NCBI GenBank assembly: GCA_035084275.1
Contig: CM068745.1
Location: 61,256,001-61,320,000, forward strand
Source of the DNA: Hydrolagus colliei
Taxonomy: Eukaryota
Length of the DNA stretch: 64,000 nt
Reading direction: 5' to 3'
The position numbers and the translations under genes are program-made. The first letter of the stretch is position 1, and every line of letters starts with the position of its first letter. Below the pieces are notes generated by a model. The model saw only the letters and a list, made by a program, of their open reading frames with translations. It was not told the DNA's origin and did no database searches. Shown here in pieces: positions 48,510-60,818 of this stretch.

Positions 48510-48802
48510 TTACAGTGCAATTCCCACTTGTGCATTCCATTCCAAACACAGGGAGATTTCTGTTTGCAGATGACATATATATGTATAACTGATTTGGATA
48601 TTCTTAAGGTTGGTGATAGATGTCCCATATGTCACAACATCCTGCTGATCAAAACTAAAATCCTTTTGAGATTTTTTCTTAACCTGAACACTGGAAACTT
48701 GTTTCATGTTGACAGTATTGGCCCCATTTGTGATTCCCCTCCCAGGTTTTTCTCCTTTCTCTGAAGCCGACCTCGATGTCACGGCCCTTTTAGAGACATA
48801 TT
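48510..48802 (-). CDS. probable cytoplasmic-tail exon of the nectin/PVR-like gene
   Basis: Acceptor CCTTTTAG, phase-compatible with the donor at 49142 (G+AA=Glu): EYVSKRAVTSRSASEKGEKP... open to a stop at 48510-48512; alternative donor CAG|GTTAAG after 48684. Confidence 0.4.
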
Positions 48803-48821
48803 CTAAAAGGCTCTTAGAATA

Positions 48822-49015
48822 ATAATAATAATGCTTGCAATTTGTTATAGCGCTTTTCACATCTTATTGACGTCGCAAAGCGCTTCACAGAATATATATT
48901 GTAAAGTGAATTGACAATGTTTGTGGGTGAAACGTGGCAGCCAATTGCACATAGCAGTGTCCCACAAACAGTCGTGGATTTTAATATTGTGGGTTTTTTG
49001 GACGGATTTTTATCA
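48822..49015 (-). mobile_element. Deu-domain-like SINE 3' half
   Basis: Core GGGACACTGCTATGTGCAATTGGCTGCC and (TAT)n tail on the - strand. Confidence 0.8.
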
Positions 49016-49109
49016 GCCAGATTATTATTAGCCACAGAAACCCAGATACAATATGTGGCTGAGATGTGCCTCCCTTCTGGAGACAACCTCCTTTATTATT
49101 GCTCCTCCA

Positions 49110-49195
49110 CTACCCTGTCAAAACATTGGCTATAGACATACCCCCCACCCCCAACACACCACAGGCAATTATCACTATGTTGAAACTGCCAGGAA
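49110..49195 (-). CDS. hydrophobic (TM-like) exon of the nectin/PVR-like gene
   Basis: Acceptor TTTATTTTACTGATTGTAG, phase 1: VPGSFNIVIIACGVLGVG(G); either splices at G|GTATGT (exon end 49142) or reads GMSIANVLTG* to a TAG at 49110-49112. Confidence 0.65.
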
Positions 49196-49295
49196 CTACA
49201 ATCAGTAAAATAAAAATAATTATTGCTTTGTTAATATACTGGCACAATTAAAAATTCATATCAGTATAAGATCCCTTTATTCTAAAAGTTCTTAC

Positions 49296-49444
49296 CTTGA
49301 TACAGATATAGAAAACCTTTAGCAGAGCCAACTTTGTTTTGGGTTTCGCACATGTACAACCCGACAAGGTCAGGAGTCATCTTACGCACTGTAATTATCC
49401 CATTTTCTTGTACTGTGACAGATTTGGGGAATGAACCATTCTCT
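49296..49444 (-). CDS. nectin/PVR-like gene: Ig domain 3, second half
   Basis: Phase 2 acceptor CTCCTTTTTACTAG; RENGSFPKSVTVQENGIITVRKMTPDLVGLYMCETQNKVGSAKGFLYLYQ (Y-x-C F strand); donor AG|GTAAGA. Confidence 0.9.
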
Positions 49445-50059
49445 CTAGTAAAAAGGAGAAAACTACTTCAAAAACTTCATCTCCCAACACAAGTAAAATT
49501 TGATTATACTCGGTTTTCCCTGCATATATGCTCACTTATTAAACTTACCAAACGCGATTTTACCGAGTGCACTGTTTTCCAGGAACGTAAGCCCTGCGTT
49601 CTGCAAGGGATGACTGTAGTATGCTTTATTGGTAAGCATCCATACAATATTCTGTTATTATTTAGTCTATTATTAATATGGTATGTTTTAAAATTTAAAT
49701 AAATTTTTTGTGGAGGCAACTTGCTGCTCGAATATCCCGCATATTTGATTAACCGGCACCAGTCAGGTCCCGAGGGTGCCGGATAACAAAGCTTTTACTT
49801 TGACGGCTGCTGGTACCATTAAAAGCTGCTTAAGGAAATGTACGTTGCCAAAACTAAATAATAAAATAATCATAAAAATAATAAAATCCAGTTCTTAGAA
49901 TCATAGTATAACAACATTAACTTTGATTTATATAGCGCCCTCCAAGCCGGACAGCGTCTCAGAGTGCTTCACAATAATACTGCATTATACAGCACACAGG
50001 GATGCCACATGGCACATTATATTGGTTCTTTTAAAAGAGCTAATAATAATAGCACACTG

Positions 50060-50640
50060 CTGAAACACTCGTCCACGCATTCATCTCATCAAGGCTCGAC
50101 TACGGGAAGTCTCTCCTTGTCGGCCTTCCCAGCTCCTCCCTTCATAAGATGCAGATTATTCAGAACTCTGCAGCTTGTGTACTAGGCTCCGCGAACATAT
50201 CATTCCCACCCTCGCCCATCTCCACTGGCTTCCCATCCCCTGGAGGATCGAATTCAAGATCCTTGCCCTCACCGTTAAGGCCATTCACGACCTTGCCCCC
50301 AACTATATCTCTGACCTGCTGTCTCCCTGTCAGCCTGCCCATCCCCTCCGTTCAGCGGGCCCTAGCCTGCTCCATGTCCACCGCCTGAGCCGCCCTACCA
50401 GGCTTTCAGCCTCTCTGCCTCCACACTCTGGAACTCCATCCCGCAATCCCTTCACCTCGCTTCGTCCCTTTCCTCCTTCAAGGCCGGTCTCAAGATCTTC
50501 CTCTTCGACCATGCCTTCTGCTACCCTCCTAACACTCCCCACTTTCCTACTCACTTTCCCCTCACTCCTTCCCCAACCCCTGCATTTGATATAGCGCTTT
50601 TCACATCTTATAGACGTCTCAAAGCGCTTCATGAATTAAC
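50060..50640 (+). mobile_element. L2 3' fragment plus SINE tail (intronic)
   Basis: TRLREHIIPTLAHLHWLPIPWRIEFKILAL motif in ORF 50175-50594. Confidence 0.8.
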
Positions 50641-50919
50641 TATATAGCTGTCCAAATCAATCCCACTGTCCTGCTCTCTCCCCATAGTCCTAAATGTGTG
50701 CCCTCCCCAAATAGTTGTCTACTTCTCTCTTAAAAGTTGTTATCGAATTGGCCTCTGTCACACTTTCAGGCAATGCATTCCAGATCCACACAACTCACTA
50801 ATACTCCCTATAGCCATGTCCAGGTCACTTATATAGATAAAAAAAGCATGTGTCGGAAACACCATGACCAAAACAAATGTGCCTTGGAATTATGTTTATA
50901 GTCAGCAGAGGTAACAATA

Positions 50920-51415
50920 ACAACAAAATTGCACTTATAAAGTGCCTTTCACGTCGAGAGGATGTCCCAAAGCACTGAACAGTCAGGTCAGGACCCGAGC
51001 GGGGGTGGGGGGATTTAGGGGGAAGGAGAGGGAGAAGAGTTAATGGGGGAGCCGAAGGCGCGGTCGTAGAGGAAGGTTTTGAGACCGGCCTTGAAGGAGG
51101 AAAGGGAGGAAGCAAGGTGGAGGAGCTGCGGGATGGAGTTCCACAGTGTGGGAGCAGAGAGGTTGAAAGCATAGCCACCAACTGTTGGGCGGTTAGGGCG
51201 GTGGACGCGGAGCAGGCCTGAGTGCAGGCAGGCTGATAGGGAGACAGCAGGTCAGAGAGATAGGCGGGGGCAAGGCCGTGAATGGCCTTGAAGGTGAGGA
51301 TGAGGATCTTGAATTCGATCCTCTGGGGGATGGGGAGCCGGTGGAGACGGGAGAAGGTGGAAGTGATGTGGTCGCGGAGCCTAGTGCGGGAGAATATACG
51401 AGCTGCAGAATTCTG
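50920..51415 (-). mobile_element. L2 3' fragment (intronic)
   Basis: IQNSAARIFSRTRLRDHIT..LHRLPIPQRIEFKIL with a GTT tail. Confidence 0.85.
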
Positions 51416-51455
51416 AATGTAAGAATTCTGCACCAGGTAAGAAACATTTGCTCAC

Positions 51456-51561
51456 CTGATCCAAGTATAATTTATAGGTGAAGGGTTAGCATCTGCAATA
51501 CATTTCAGCTGAAAGCTTTCTTGCTCTGTCTTCACAGCCGTAATCGTAACTGATGACATAT
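51456..51561 (-). CDS. nectin/PVR-like gene: Ig domain 3, first half
   Basis: Acceptor TTCTTTTTTCAG, phase 1 to 2: YMSSVTITAVKTEQESFQLKCIADANPSPINYTWIR; C-x-A-D-A-N-P is the nectin third-domain motif; donor AG|GTGAGC. Confidence 0.92.
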
Positions 51562-52286
51562 CTGAAAAAAGAACAAATCATTATTAGTTTGGTGGCTGTC
51601 TTGCCTCTTTGACAGAGTATTGTGAGTTCAAGCCACATGTTGGAACTTTGCACTCAAATAGTTTAACTTGGTGCTCCAATGCAGTGTTGGGGGATTCCTA
51701 AATTGTTGGTGGTGCCATTGTTTAGATGAGACACTAAACTGACCATCAGTCTGCCTGTTCAGATTGAAAAAGAGATGGGAGTTTCTCCTGATATCCTGGC
51801 CCAAAATCCCCCCAAATAAAACTGATCATTCAGTTTGTGACTGTTTATGGGACACTGTTGTGTGCAAAAGAGCAAAACTGCAGAAACCCAAAAGGATAAA
51901 TGTGAAAAGGTGTGTGTGTGTAAGTGGTGATGTAAAAAGGAAGAATAACAATCTATTTGTCCTCGTAAGCTTCTTAACAATCACTTAGAGAGAAGGATTG
52001 TTGAAGAACAAGCAGGAAATTTGCTTCCTGCTCTCTTCGTTAGGGTTACCCGCCTCATGAACAACAGAAAACAAATGCATTGTTCATCAAGATATTAATT
52101 TGATTAAATATATACATAGAATAGCACCAGCATTAGGAGATTTCAGTTACTGATGCCAATTTACATATCGTCACAGACCTGCTGCGACAGAAATATCGGC
52201 AGAATCAACAAGTGTTATCTCAATTCTGTTTCTAAGATGAATAGAAAGAAATGGTAAATGATAAAGGAACAGTTGGTTATACATAC

Positions 52287-52580
52287 AGTGAATATTTAGT
52301 TTATAATCCAATGTCTTCAGTGCTGGATGTTCCACCACACAGAAAACGTACTGTCCATTCATTTCTCTGGTTGGAGATAGACGAAGTTGGCTTGAGACGG
52401 TCACAGTCCCATTAGCAGCAGGTGGTGTAGCACGCTGAGTAGAACTGAATTTCAAATCAGTATCCCAGTGGATGGTAACGGCTGGTTTTGCATTTTTTGC
52501 TATACAGGTGACTATGATGCTTTCTCCACTGTCAGCCACAGGAATGTCTGGATTGGGTTCTATTACAACAGTGGGAGCAA
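52287..52580 (-). CDS. nectin/PVR-like gene: Ig domain 2 (C2-set)
   Basis: VAPTVVIEPN..VTCIAKNAKPAVTIHWDT..NGTVTVSSQLRLSPTREMNGQYVFCVVEHPAL..LNIH; acceptor TTTCTCTTTAG, donor T|GTATGT, phase 1-1, 294 nt. Confidence 0.95.
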
Positions 52581-52734
52581 CTAAAGAGAAACAAAAAAAC
52601 ACATTTAATATAGTCCTCCTAAAAGTGTCACTTGGTACAGGGATGATTTAGTTGTGTAAATAAATATGACTGCTAATCTCCACCAGAGAGAACATACCAA
52701 CAACATTCAAATGGAAAGTGAGAGAGTCAGGAGG

Positions 52735-54560
52735 ACGTCCCAAGGCGCTGGACAGTCACTGTTGTTATCACAAAGATATCATGGAAGCACGATCAAAAAA
52801 GGACTTTTGGCATAATTTGAAGGTGGGGAGACAGTGGGGATGGCAGAGGGATTGAGGGAAAGAGTTTCAAGGCATAGTGGCTGAAGGCTCAGTTACCAAT
52901 AGTGGAACAGATGGCCGATGAGGGGCGAACAGGAAGCAAGCCCAGCAGAGGCAATGGGTGAAGGCGTGGGGGATCAGCAGGTCGGATAGGTAGGGAAGTG
53001 CGAGGACATGAAGGAGAGGATCTTGAAATTGAATCTTTCAGTCATTAGGAGCCAGTGGAGTCTGGCAAGGACTGGAGTAATGGAGGTATAGAGTTTTGTG
53101 CCAGTGAGTATCCTGGTAGCGGAGTTTTAAATGAATTGTATTTTCTGTATGGTTGTGCTGGGGAGGGCGTAGTCCAGCCGGGAAGTGACAAAGCCGTGGA
53201 CAACTGTTTCAGGTGCATTGATTATGAGGGAAAGATAGAGGTGGGCAATGTTACAGAGTTGCAAAAAGTGGTCCTGACCAGGGATCCAATGCGGGGCAGA
53301 AAGCAAAGCTGGGGATCGAACCGAGGTCTAAGTTGCACACGGGCGCAGAGAGTCTGAGAGAGAACCCAGGAAGGTTGAGGAGTTCAGACCCACAGTAGAG
53401 AAGACTTTAATAGGAGCCAAAGTATAGCTCTGAATTGTCCCAATTCAGTTGCAGGAAATTTGTGCTCATCCAGGAATTGATGTTCATCCACCAATCTGAT
53501 AGGACATCAGTAAACTGGGAGTTGCAGCTGGAGAAGGAGAAATAGATTTGGATGTCATCTGCAACATGTGGAAGTTGATCCATGTCTGTGGATGACATTG
53601 TGGAGAGTGAGCAATTTAATGAGGAAAAGAAGGGGGCCAAGGATGGATCCATGGTCTATTCGGCAGTTTAAATGGGAGGATGAGCAAGAGGAAACACCAT
53701 TGGCTGAGATAAAGTGCTGGCATTGTTTAAGTAGGACTACAACTGAAAAGGTGGTGGAGGCCGATTCGATAACAACTTTTAAGAGAGAGGTAGACATTTA
53801 TTTAGGAAGGACGAGTTTACATGTTTATGTGAAGATAGCTGGGGAGTGGGATAAAATTGCTCTTTTTAAAGAGCCGGCACAGACTCAATGAGCTGAATGG
53901 CCTCCTTTTGTGCCATAAGATTCTATGATTTTATGACTCGAGCAATGCGAGTGCAGTCCCACTAAGGTGGATGAGGGAAGAGAGGGGGCAGAGAAGGATG
54001 GCATAGTCGATTGTGTCAAACATGATGGAGAGGTCCAGGGAGTCGAGGAGGCAGAGGGTGACCTGGACAGAGTGAGAGAGGACATCATTTGTTACTTTGA
54101 CGACATCTATCAGTGTGCCATGGACTTGGCAAAAATCGAACTGGAAGGATTCAAGTAGGGACTGGAAGTGTGGGTGAAGTTGATTTGCAACAATGCGTTT
54201 CAGGGCTTTGGGACCATATTGCATGATGTTGAAGGGATTGAGAGCAGTTTTTTCATCAGGAGGGGAGTAATGATAGCCATTTTGAGTTGTGCAGAGCCTG
54301 AGGAGGGGGACTGATTTATCATGTATGCCAGCAGTGGGCAGAAGATGGGAATTGAGTGACCAGCAGCTGGGTGGGAAGTGAGTCAAGGCAGCTTGTGGTG
54401 GGTTTCACCTGGGTGATGAGGATGAGATGGAAGAAACAGAGATGGGGGCAAAGGAGTGTAGGGTAGGGCCCATGATAGAAGCCATGGGAGGAGTGGGTAA
54501 TGGAGAATGGGTGGAGTTGGTGGATGACATGAAATATTATGCCAACAATGTATCTCTGGA
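52735..54560 (-). mobile_element. older degraded L2 fragments (intronic)
   Basis: Remnants GSILGPLLFLI, PHVADDIQIYFS, LDLSIMFDTIDYAILL in ORFs 53407-53797 and 53931-54386. Confidence 0.7.
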
Positions 54561-54980
54561 ATTTCCATTTGTAGTTGGGAAGCATGGATGCATTGGACAC
54601 TCTTAATATCCAATACTGATGGGATTCCGTATGTGCTAACAAAAACAAAAAACCTCAAAATGTGCACATACATAAACTATTGGATAATTTGAAATTTCTA
54701 CCTGTGTTGAAAGATGCTATAGAAAATGTAAGGTTTATTATTATCAAACACATGCCTATCCCCTGGATTATTTGATTACTTAATTCCAGGTGAACTTCTA
54801 TCAACTTATTTACCTGCACACAAACATTTAACCAGCTCATTATTGATGACTCTGATTAGCTCGCCAATGTTATTGTAAATTGAAACATGAACAAAGAAGT
54901 TCTGCAATTGTATTTGTCCAATAAAATATTGTAACTGATGGTAAGTGTTTGACGGAGGTTGTATATGACACTTTCCATAC

Positions 54981-55319
54981 CTCTTACAATTAAACTTAAT
55001 GTTTTCTCAATAAGACCATGTGGGAATAAGGTGAAAATGCATTTGTAAATTCCTTCATCATCAAGCATAACATTTTTCAATTCCATTGTTCCATTCTTGT
55101 CTCCTTGCCCAACGAAACTCATTCTGCCACCAAAATTGTCTTCAAATTGCTGGTGCTTTTCACTTGAGAAACGTTTAGTGAAAAAGTTGGTAAATTGTTG
55201 TCCTCTCTTTCGTTGCCAGGTAAATTGCGAAACAGTCTGATTTGTGTTGATGACACAATCCAGATGCGTATCATCACCAAGGTTACTGATAATATTCTCA
55301 TCATTTGAGTTTATTGAAT
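54981..55319 (-). CDS. nectin/PVR-like gene: Ig V-set domain
   Basis: DSINSNDENIISNLGDDTHLDCVINTNQTVSQFTWQRK..GRMSFVG..GTMELKNVMLDDEGIYKCIFTLFPHG..SLIVR; C-W-C core, D-x-G-x-Y-x-C, and SQFTW/TLFPHG corresponding to the PVR-family motifs; phase 1-1, 339 nt. Confidence 0.95.
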
Positions 55320-56269
55320 CTAAATGAACAAAACAAAAATATTACTTGGTGCCAAAACAAATCTGTAAAGAAGTTCAGAAGCATTGATATGTTTTTCCAC
55401 AAGGTTTTAAAAGTGGTGAGAATCAAGCCTGAGGAATGAGGGAGGGAGATACTACAAGCAAGTGAGTGATACCTAGCGCCTTTGAGCAAGGGAGAAAGAC
55501 ACAATTTGAGAACGAGGTATTGGTGCTGTGGAGTGGGGAGGAGATAAAGAGAATCAGTCTGCGAATGAGGAAAAGAGGTAATGAGGAGGGAGGAGAGGGA
55601 GATACACTGGGAGGAGCAACAACACAAACATTTTGAATTGCTCAACAAACACGATGGAGTGAAATAATTAGGGAGAAAGAAAGAAGAATAGAGAATGTTA
55701 AACAAAAGTATTTTAGGATGTTTTAAGAGGGTTTTAAAGGCAGGGAGATGGAGAGTAGCAGACAGGGAGGAAGGAAGAGACAGCCCACATATGCATGAGA
55801 CAAACTGGAGATAATACTTCATAATTCCCACCCAAGCTGACAAGAGCTTTGTCCAATTTCGAAACCTTCAACAAACTGTTAAAAAACAATTGTCCTTAAC
55901 TCTGTTAATGCACACATTTACAGTTTCTTGTTGCAATACACATTATCTTACATTAATCTACATTAAATCAAATTGATGCTCCATGTTCATTTTTGATCCA
56001 GAGCTCAGCACAAGAAGATCTTAGTGTTCTTTGTTTGAGGAGGTGGACTGAGGCCTTGTGTTTTATTTTTACAGCAACAATCATTGGACTCTGCCCTGGT
56101 TCTCATTAAAACTCTGGTCAAACCTAAATACTTTTCAGCCTCCACTCATGTGCAAATGGCCTGTCTTTGCTGTGAATATATATGTATATTTAGATATATT
56201 TGTTTTGAAGGTTGAGAGGTGGAAATTTTCTGTTTGCCCTGGTTGCTAAATTAAGTATAATAGTGTATT

Positions 56270-56282
56270 GAGGAAGTGAAAC
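56270..56282 (+). promoter_or_regulatory. EICE (PU.1/IRF composite) motif in intron 1 of the nectin-like gene
   Basis: GAGGAAGTGAAAC, exact GGAAnnGAAA with a full PU.1 core; motif match only. Confidence 0.45.
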
Positions 56283-56429
56283 GTATTAGTTGCCGATTAT
56301 AATTACTAAATCTACTAGGGGAAATGCAGTGAATGCTTTCAATGCATTGAAGCACTCCTGATCAAAGATACAAATTGAAATACTCTGGTAGCCTAAGAAA
56401 CTATCAGAAAACTATAAATGCACATTTGT

Positions 56430-56912
56430 TTCCCACCGTTCCAAGCTTCATGACCCCATCTCCCCCATCCTTGCACGACTCCATTGGCTCTACATCACCC
56501 AGAGGATCCAATTCAAGATCCTGGTCCTCACATTCAAAGCCTTCCACTACCTCGGCCCACCCTACACCTGCAACCTCCTAACCCCCGAGCAGCCTGCCAG
56601 CCCCCTCCACTTAGCAGTTTCCAGCTTGGTCCCATCCCCTGCCCCACCCACCCCACCATTGGCGGGTCAACCTTCAGCCACTCTGCACCCAACCTCTGGA
56701 ACTCCATCCCACAGTCCCTCTGTCTCGCCACCTCCCTGGCTTCCTTCAAGTCCCACCTCAAGATCCTCCTCTTCGATGGTCCCATCAGTCACCCAAATGC
56801 CCCCCTTTCCCTCCATCCTCCGCATCCATGAAAGTAGCTTGGGTCTGAAACAATGAGGGACCTCCTCCTGACGTGAAAAGCACTAAACAAGTGTAATTTA
56901 GTTGCTGTTGTT
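56430..56912 (+). mobile_element. L2 3' fragment
   Basis: RGSNSRSWSSHSKP / TIGGSTFSHSAPNLWNSIPQSL homology and GTT tail. Confidence 0.8.
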
Positions 56913-58859
56913 GTCAAACATATAAGGATCGCAGGGCTTTTTCATGCAAATGGATCTTGCAATCCTTACTGTTGGAGAAAGACCCGTGCACTGATCTTAT
57001 CTCTTTAGGTTCCAAAATAAATGGTGATACCGTATTGGCTGAAGCTGGTTTATTCTTACTTGTGCAAACACACACTATAAAATGTTACAAACATGAATAG
57101 AACAATACTACCAGGCACCTGCTTCTGTAACTGGCCTTTCCCTGCCTGAGAAACAGAACAACTGAAACCATGCTACCTGTTCCAGTAGTTCTAGACAACA
57201 GTGGCAGGCTGGAGATCTCAGTTTCCACCCTGAGAAACTCTCCAACTTATGCGATAAGCCACTCTTTCCCTCCTATCTTCATACCTCCACCAGCCTTGTT
57301 CATCTTGACTAGCAGAGCAGTTCTCAAACGCCTCCCCATCTACCCAGACCTGTTTTGTCTGCCTCCTCGCTTACCCCATGATTTCTCACCTTTGGGAAGA
57401 CAAAGAGTAGCTATATTGACATCTTTAACTGAACATGTTTTCTGTTCGCCATCCTTCACACATCATATCTACTACAATTGGTGCCAACTACATTCAGTTA
57501 TTTTACAGACAGGGCTGTTTTCTGCAATTCTGCAGCTTTCTTAGTTTAAACCTAAATTTCTAATCTTATACTACTTATCATATACATTGATTTACTTACT
57601 AAACATAAAATAAAGCTAATGATTCAATTAAACCCAACATTACTAAGGATAACCATCCTTAATCTTCCAACTGAAAAACACACCAATAATTTCAAAACAA
57701 ATCCTGCACCTCAGCCTACTCTGTCCTTGTGTTGGAAAATGACAAACACATGTACTGCAGATGTACCGTCTGCACATTACACCATTTTATGAATGTTCAA
57801 CTCCATCCAGAGAGCGGATTGGAGCTGAGATTGAAGCAGTCCCAGCTTGCATCATGACAGATATTCAACAACAACAACAACTTGGATTTATATAGCGAAC
57901 TCCACGCCAGACGACGTCTCAGAGCACAATTCACATTAATGGATCCTAGGACCAAGCCAAGGGGATGGGTAAAAATGTGACCAATAGCGCGGTCGAAAAG
58001 AAAAGTTTTGAGTTACAACCTGAAAATAGGAAAGGAGGGGGCTGGGCGAAGGGAGTGAAAAAGTGAGTTCCAGAGCCTCGGAGCGCAGTGGCGGAAGGCA
58101 AGGGTTGGACATGGCAAGTTTGGACTGTCACAGCACTGAGCTGGTCAGGAGAAGCAGATCAGAGGAGAGCTGCAGATCTTATTTTGGTCTTTAAGAACTT
58201 ATGGTCAACTTCCTCCTTTATCTCTTTTCCATCTTTCTTTGTACCGTCTTACTGTCCATTAATGTCCATTAAGTATCTATGTAAAATACTCTGAGATGTT
58301 GATCCAAAGTGAAAGCACCTATAAAAGTTGTTGCTCTTCAATGTTAATGAACAGTGAATTCTATACATTATCGTTGCCCTCCACCCACTGTTTAGCTTGC
58401 ACAGAATAATTTCATTTCCTGTGATTTCATTGCTTGCCGGGAAGTGCACATGTGGCTATGAGTCCTGGGCAGAGTGTCCTGGCCTCCAGGCTTACCCCCA
58501 CACTCACACACATGCATCCACCTTACAGTCACATGGCACTCACAGATAGTTTTGATTACAATTAACTGATGTTTTAACCTTGTGTGCATTATATGAATGA
58601 TTTTATAAGTAAGTTGCTGTAATGATAGTATTACTCGCTTCTAATAAAGAAGTTCTAATAAAGTTGTCTCGAGATTATGGGAGATTCGGTTGATCTAATC
58701 CAAGAGTGTAATATGAATGACAAATAATCTTTAAAGTGAGACTTTTTCTCATCAGTTGTTTTGTACTTATACTGTTTGTACTAATTGATTATTGTACTTC
58801 ATTATATTCTGATCTCTGACTGTTAAAATTTATAGCATGCCTAATAATAATCTCTCCAA

Positions 58860-59050
58860 ATAAAACACAATAATAAAAAAATGGTCATTTCAATCCATGA
58901 CTGTTTGTGGGACACTGCTGTGCGCAATTGGTTGCCATGTTTCGCCCACAAATATCCAGTCAATTCACTTTACAGTATATTTTGTGAAGTGCTTTTAGAC
59001 CTCTAGAAGACATAAAAAGCATTATATCAAATGCAAGGATTATTATTATA
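58860..59050 (+). mobile_element. Deu-domain-like SINE 3' half
   Basis: Core GGGACACTGCTGTGCGCAATTGG and tail AAATGCAAGGATTATTATT. Confidence 0.8.
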
Positions 59051-60187
59051 AAAGTAGAGAGTGTATATGGCAGGAAGGAGGCAAACTACATCGACATTTT
59101 GTTACTTCTCCTTTGATCAACTATCAGAAACAAATTTCTGGTCAGTGAAAGAAGTAAGATATGTAAACAATCTGCAGGTGGGCGAATTCAACTGGATGAT
59201 ATTTGCAATTGAAAGAAAATTGAACTAATAGCACTCACCAATTTGATTTAAATCTGAGGCCCCAGGTTTGTTTTTAAGAATTGTGCAAAGCTACCGGTAA
59301 TCACAAATTACAGCTAATTTGAGAATTTTCTGAAATGCTGCACTCACATTTTAACCCATACTGGCTGTGACAATGAGCCTGTGCAGGTTGATACGAACAA
59401 ACGTTCTGTTAAATCAAACCTGCACAGTAGCCACTACGACTGTTGTATCCCTTGGCTCCCCCAGCAGAAAAACTCCTCTCCATAACTATTTTATCAAACA
59501 CATTGTTAGCCCTAGCTCTTTATCCTCTGATTTCATGTCACTGTAAAAAGGACAGACAAACACCACGTGTTCCTGGGTTGAAACCACAGCTCCAGAAACG
59601 TTCAAGATAAATAACAAAATCTACATTAAATCTATCATTAAAGCAGGGAAATCATCTTCCAAATACTTTCTTAAAACATCAGCCGAGCCATTATTGTTAG
59701 TTTCTGTAGAAAAGCATCTCTTTCTGCAGCGACAACAAAATGGTTAGTGACTGTCCCTGGGTGAGGACATGTTGACTTGTATTGTAACTGTGTTGGTCTG
59801 TCAGATTCTATATGTTATAGTGAATCTGCTCTGTATTTAACTCTCACTCCTGACAGTTCACCCACTTTGCCCACTCTGTGGGATCAGTCTATTTCCAGGC
59901 TAACATTTCTAAGATGTCCGAGTGCGAGGAGGATGTTGCAGTGAATTCAATGTATCAGTGGTGTCAGTCAGTGAGTGAGTTAGAGTCTGTGTATATAATG
60001 TGTGTCCAACATTGCCACAGCCCCGGGCTGGCTCACTGACAACAACAACAACTTGAGATTTGAGATTAAATTTGAGATTTTTCTGAAATTCTGCACTCAC
60101 ATTTTAAGGTATTCTGGCTGTGACAATGAGCTTGTGCAGGTTGATATGAACAAAGAAACTTTCTGCCAAATCAAACCTGTACAGTAC

Positions 60188-60718
60188 CACAACAACAACA
60201 ACTTTGATTTATATTGCGCCCTCCATCCCAGACGGCATCTCAGAGCGTTTCACAATAACAGATCCCGGGGGCAAGCCAGGGGCAGGGAAAGAAAGGTGAC
60301 CAAAGGCGCTGTCGAAGACAAAGGTCTTTACCTGAGACCTGAAACTGGGAAGAGAGGGGGAAAGGTGAAGGGAACGAGGAAGGGAGTTCCAGAGCCTCAG
60401 GGCCTAGTGGCTGAAGGCACAGCCGCCGATGGTGGAGTGAAGGATTCGGGGGACAAGGAGGAGGCCAGACGCCGTGGAACAAAGGCAACGGGTATTGGTT
60501 TGAGGAGAAAGGAGGTCAGAGAGGTAGGGGGGTGCAGAGGAGTGTAGCAATTTGAATACAAGGGTGTGGATCTTTGAAATCGATCCTCTCCAGGACAGGG
60601 AGCCAGTGAAGTCTGGCAAGGACTGGGGTAATGGGAGAGCGAAGTTTGGTGCAGGTGAGAATGCAGGCAGCAAAGTTTTGAATGAGTTGGATTTCATGGA
60701 TTGTGGTGGAGGGGAGAC
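60188..60718 (-). mobile_element. L2 3' fragment within a composite insertion
   Basis: IQLIQNFAA..SPITPVLARLHWLPVLERIDFK homology; AAC tail at 60188. Confidence 0.85.
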
Positions 60719-60751
60719 CACAGCACAGTTTCCACATTCACGTCCTCTCAC

Positions 60752-60818
60752 CTGAAGCGGCTCCAATCGTCAGACTGACCAACACCATCAGGGTCTCTGC
60801 ACACAAACAGCATCTCAT
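60752..60818 (-). CDS. signal-peptide exon, proximal copy A, of the nectin/PVR-like gene
   Basis: MRCCLCAETLMVLVSLTIGAAS + G|GTGAGA; 67 nt, phase 1, compatible with the V exon. Confidence 0.88.

Noticed and set aside
55301-55843. 180-aa minus-strand ORF just upstream of the V exon
   Set aside because: Low-complexity Leu/Ser sequence over decayed repeat; the real exon begins at the acceptor at 55319 in another frame.
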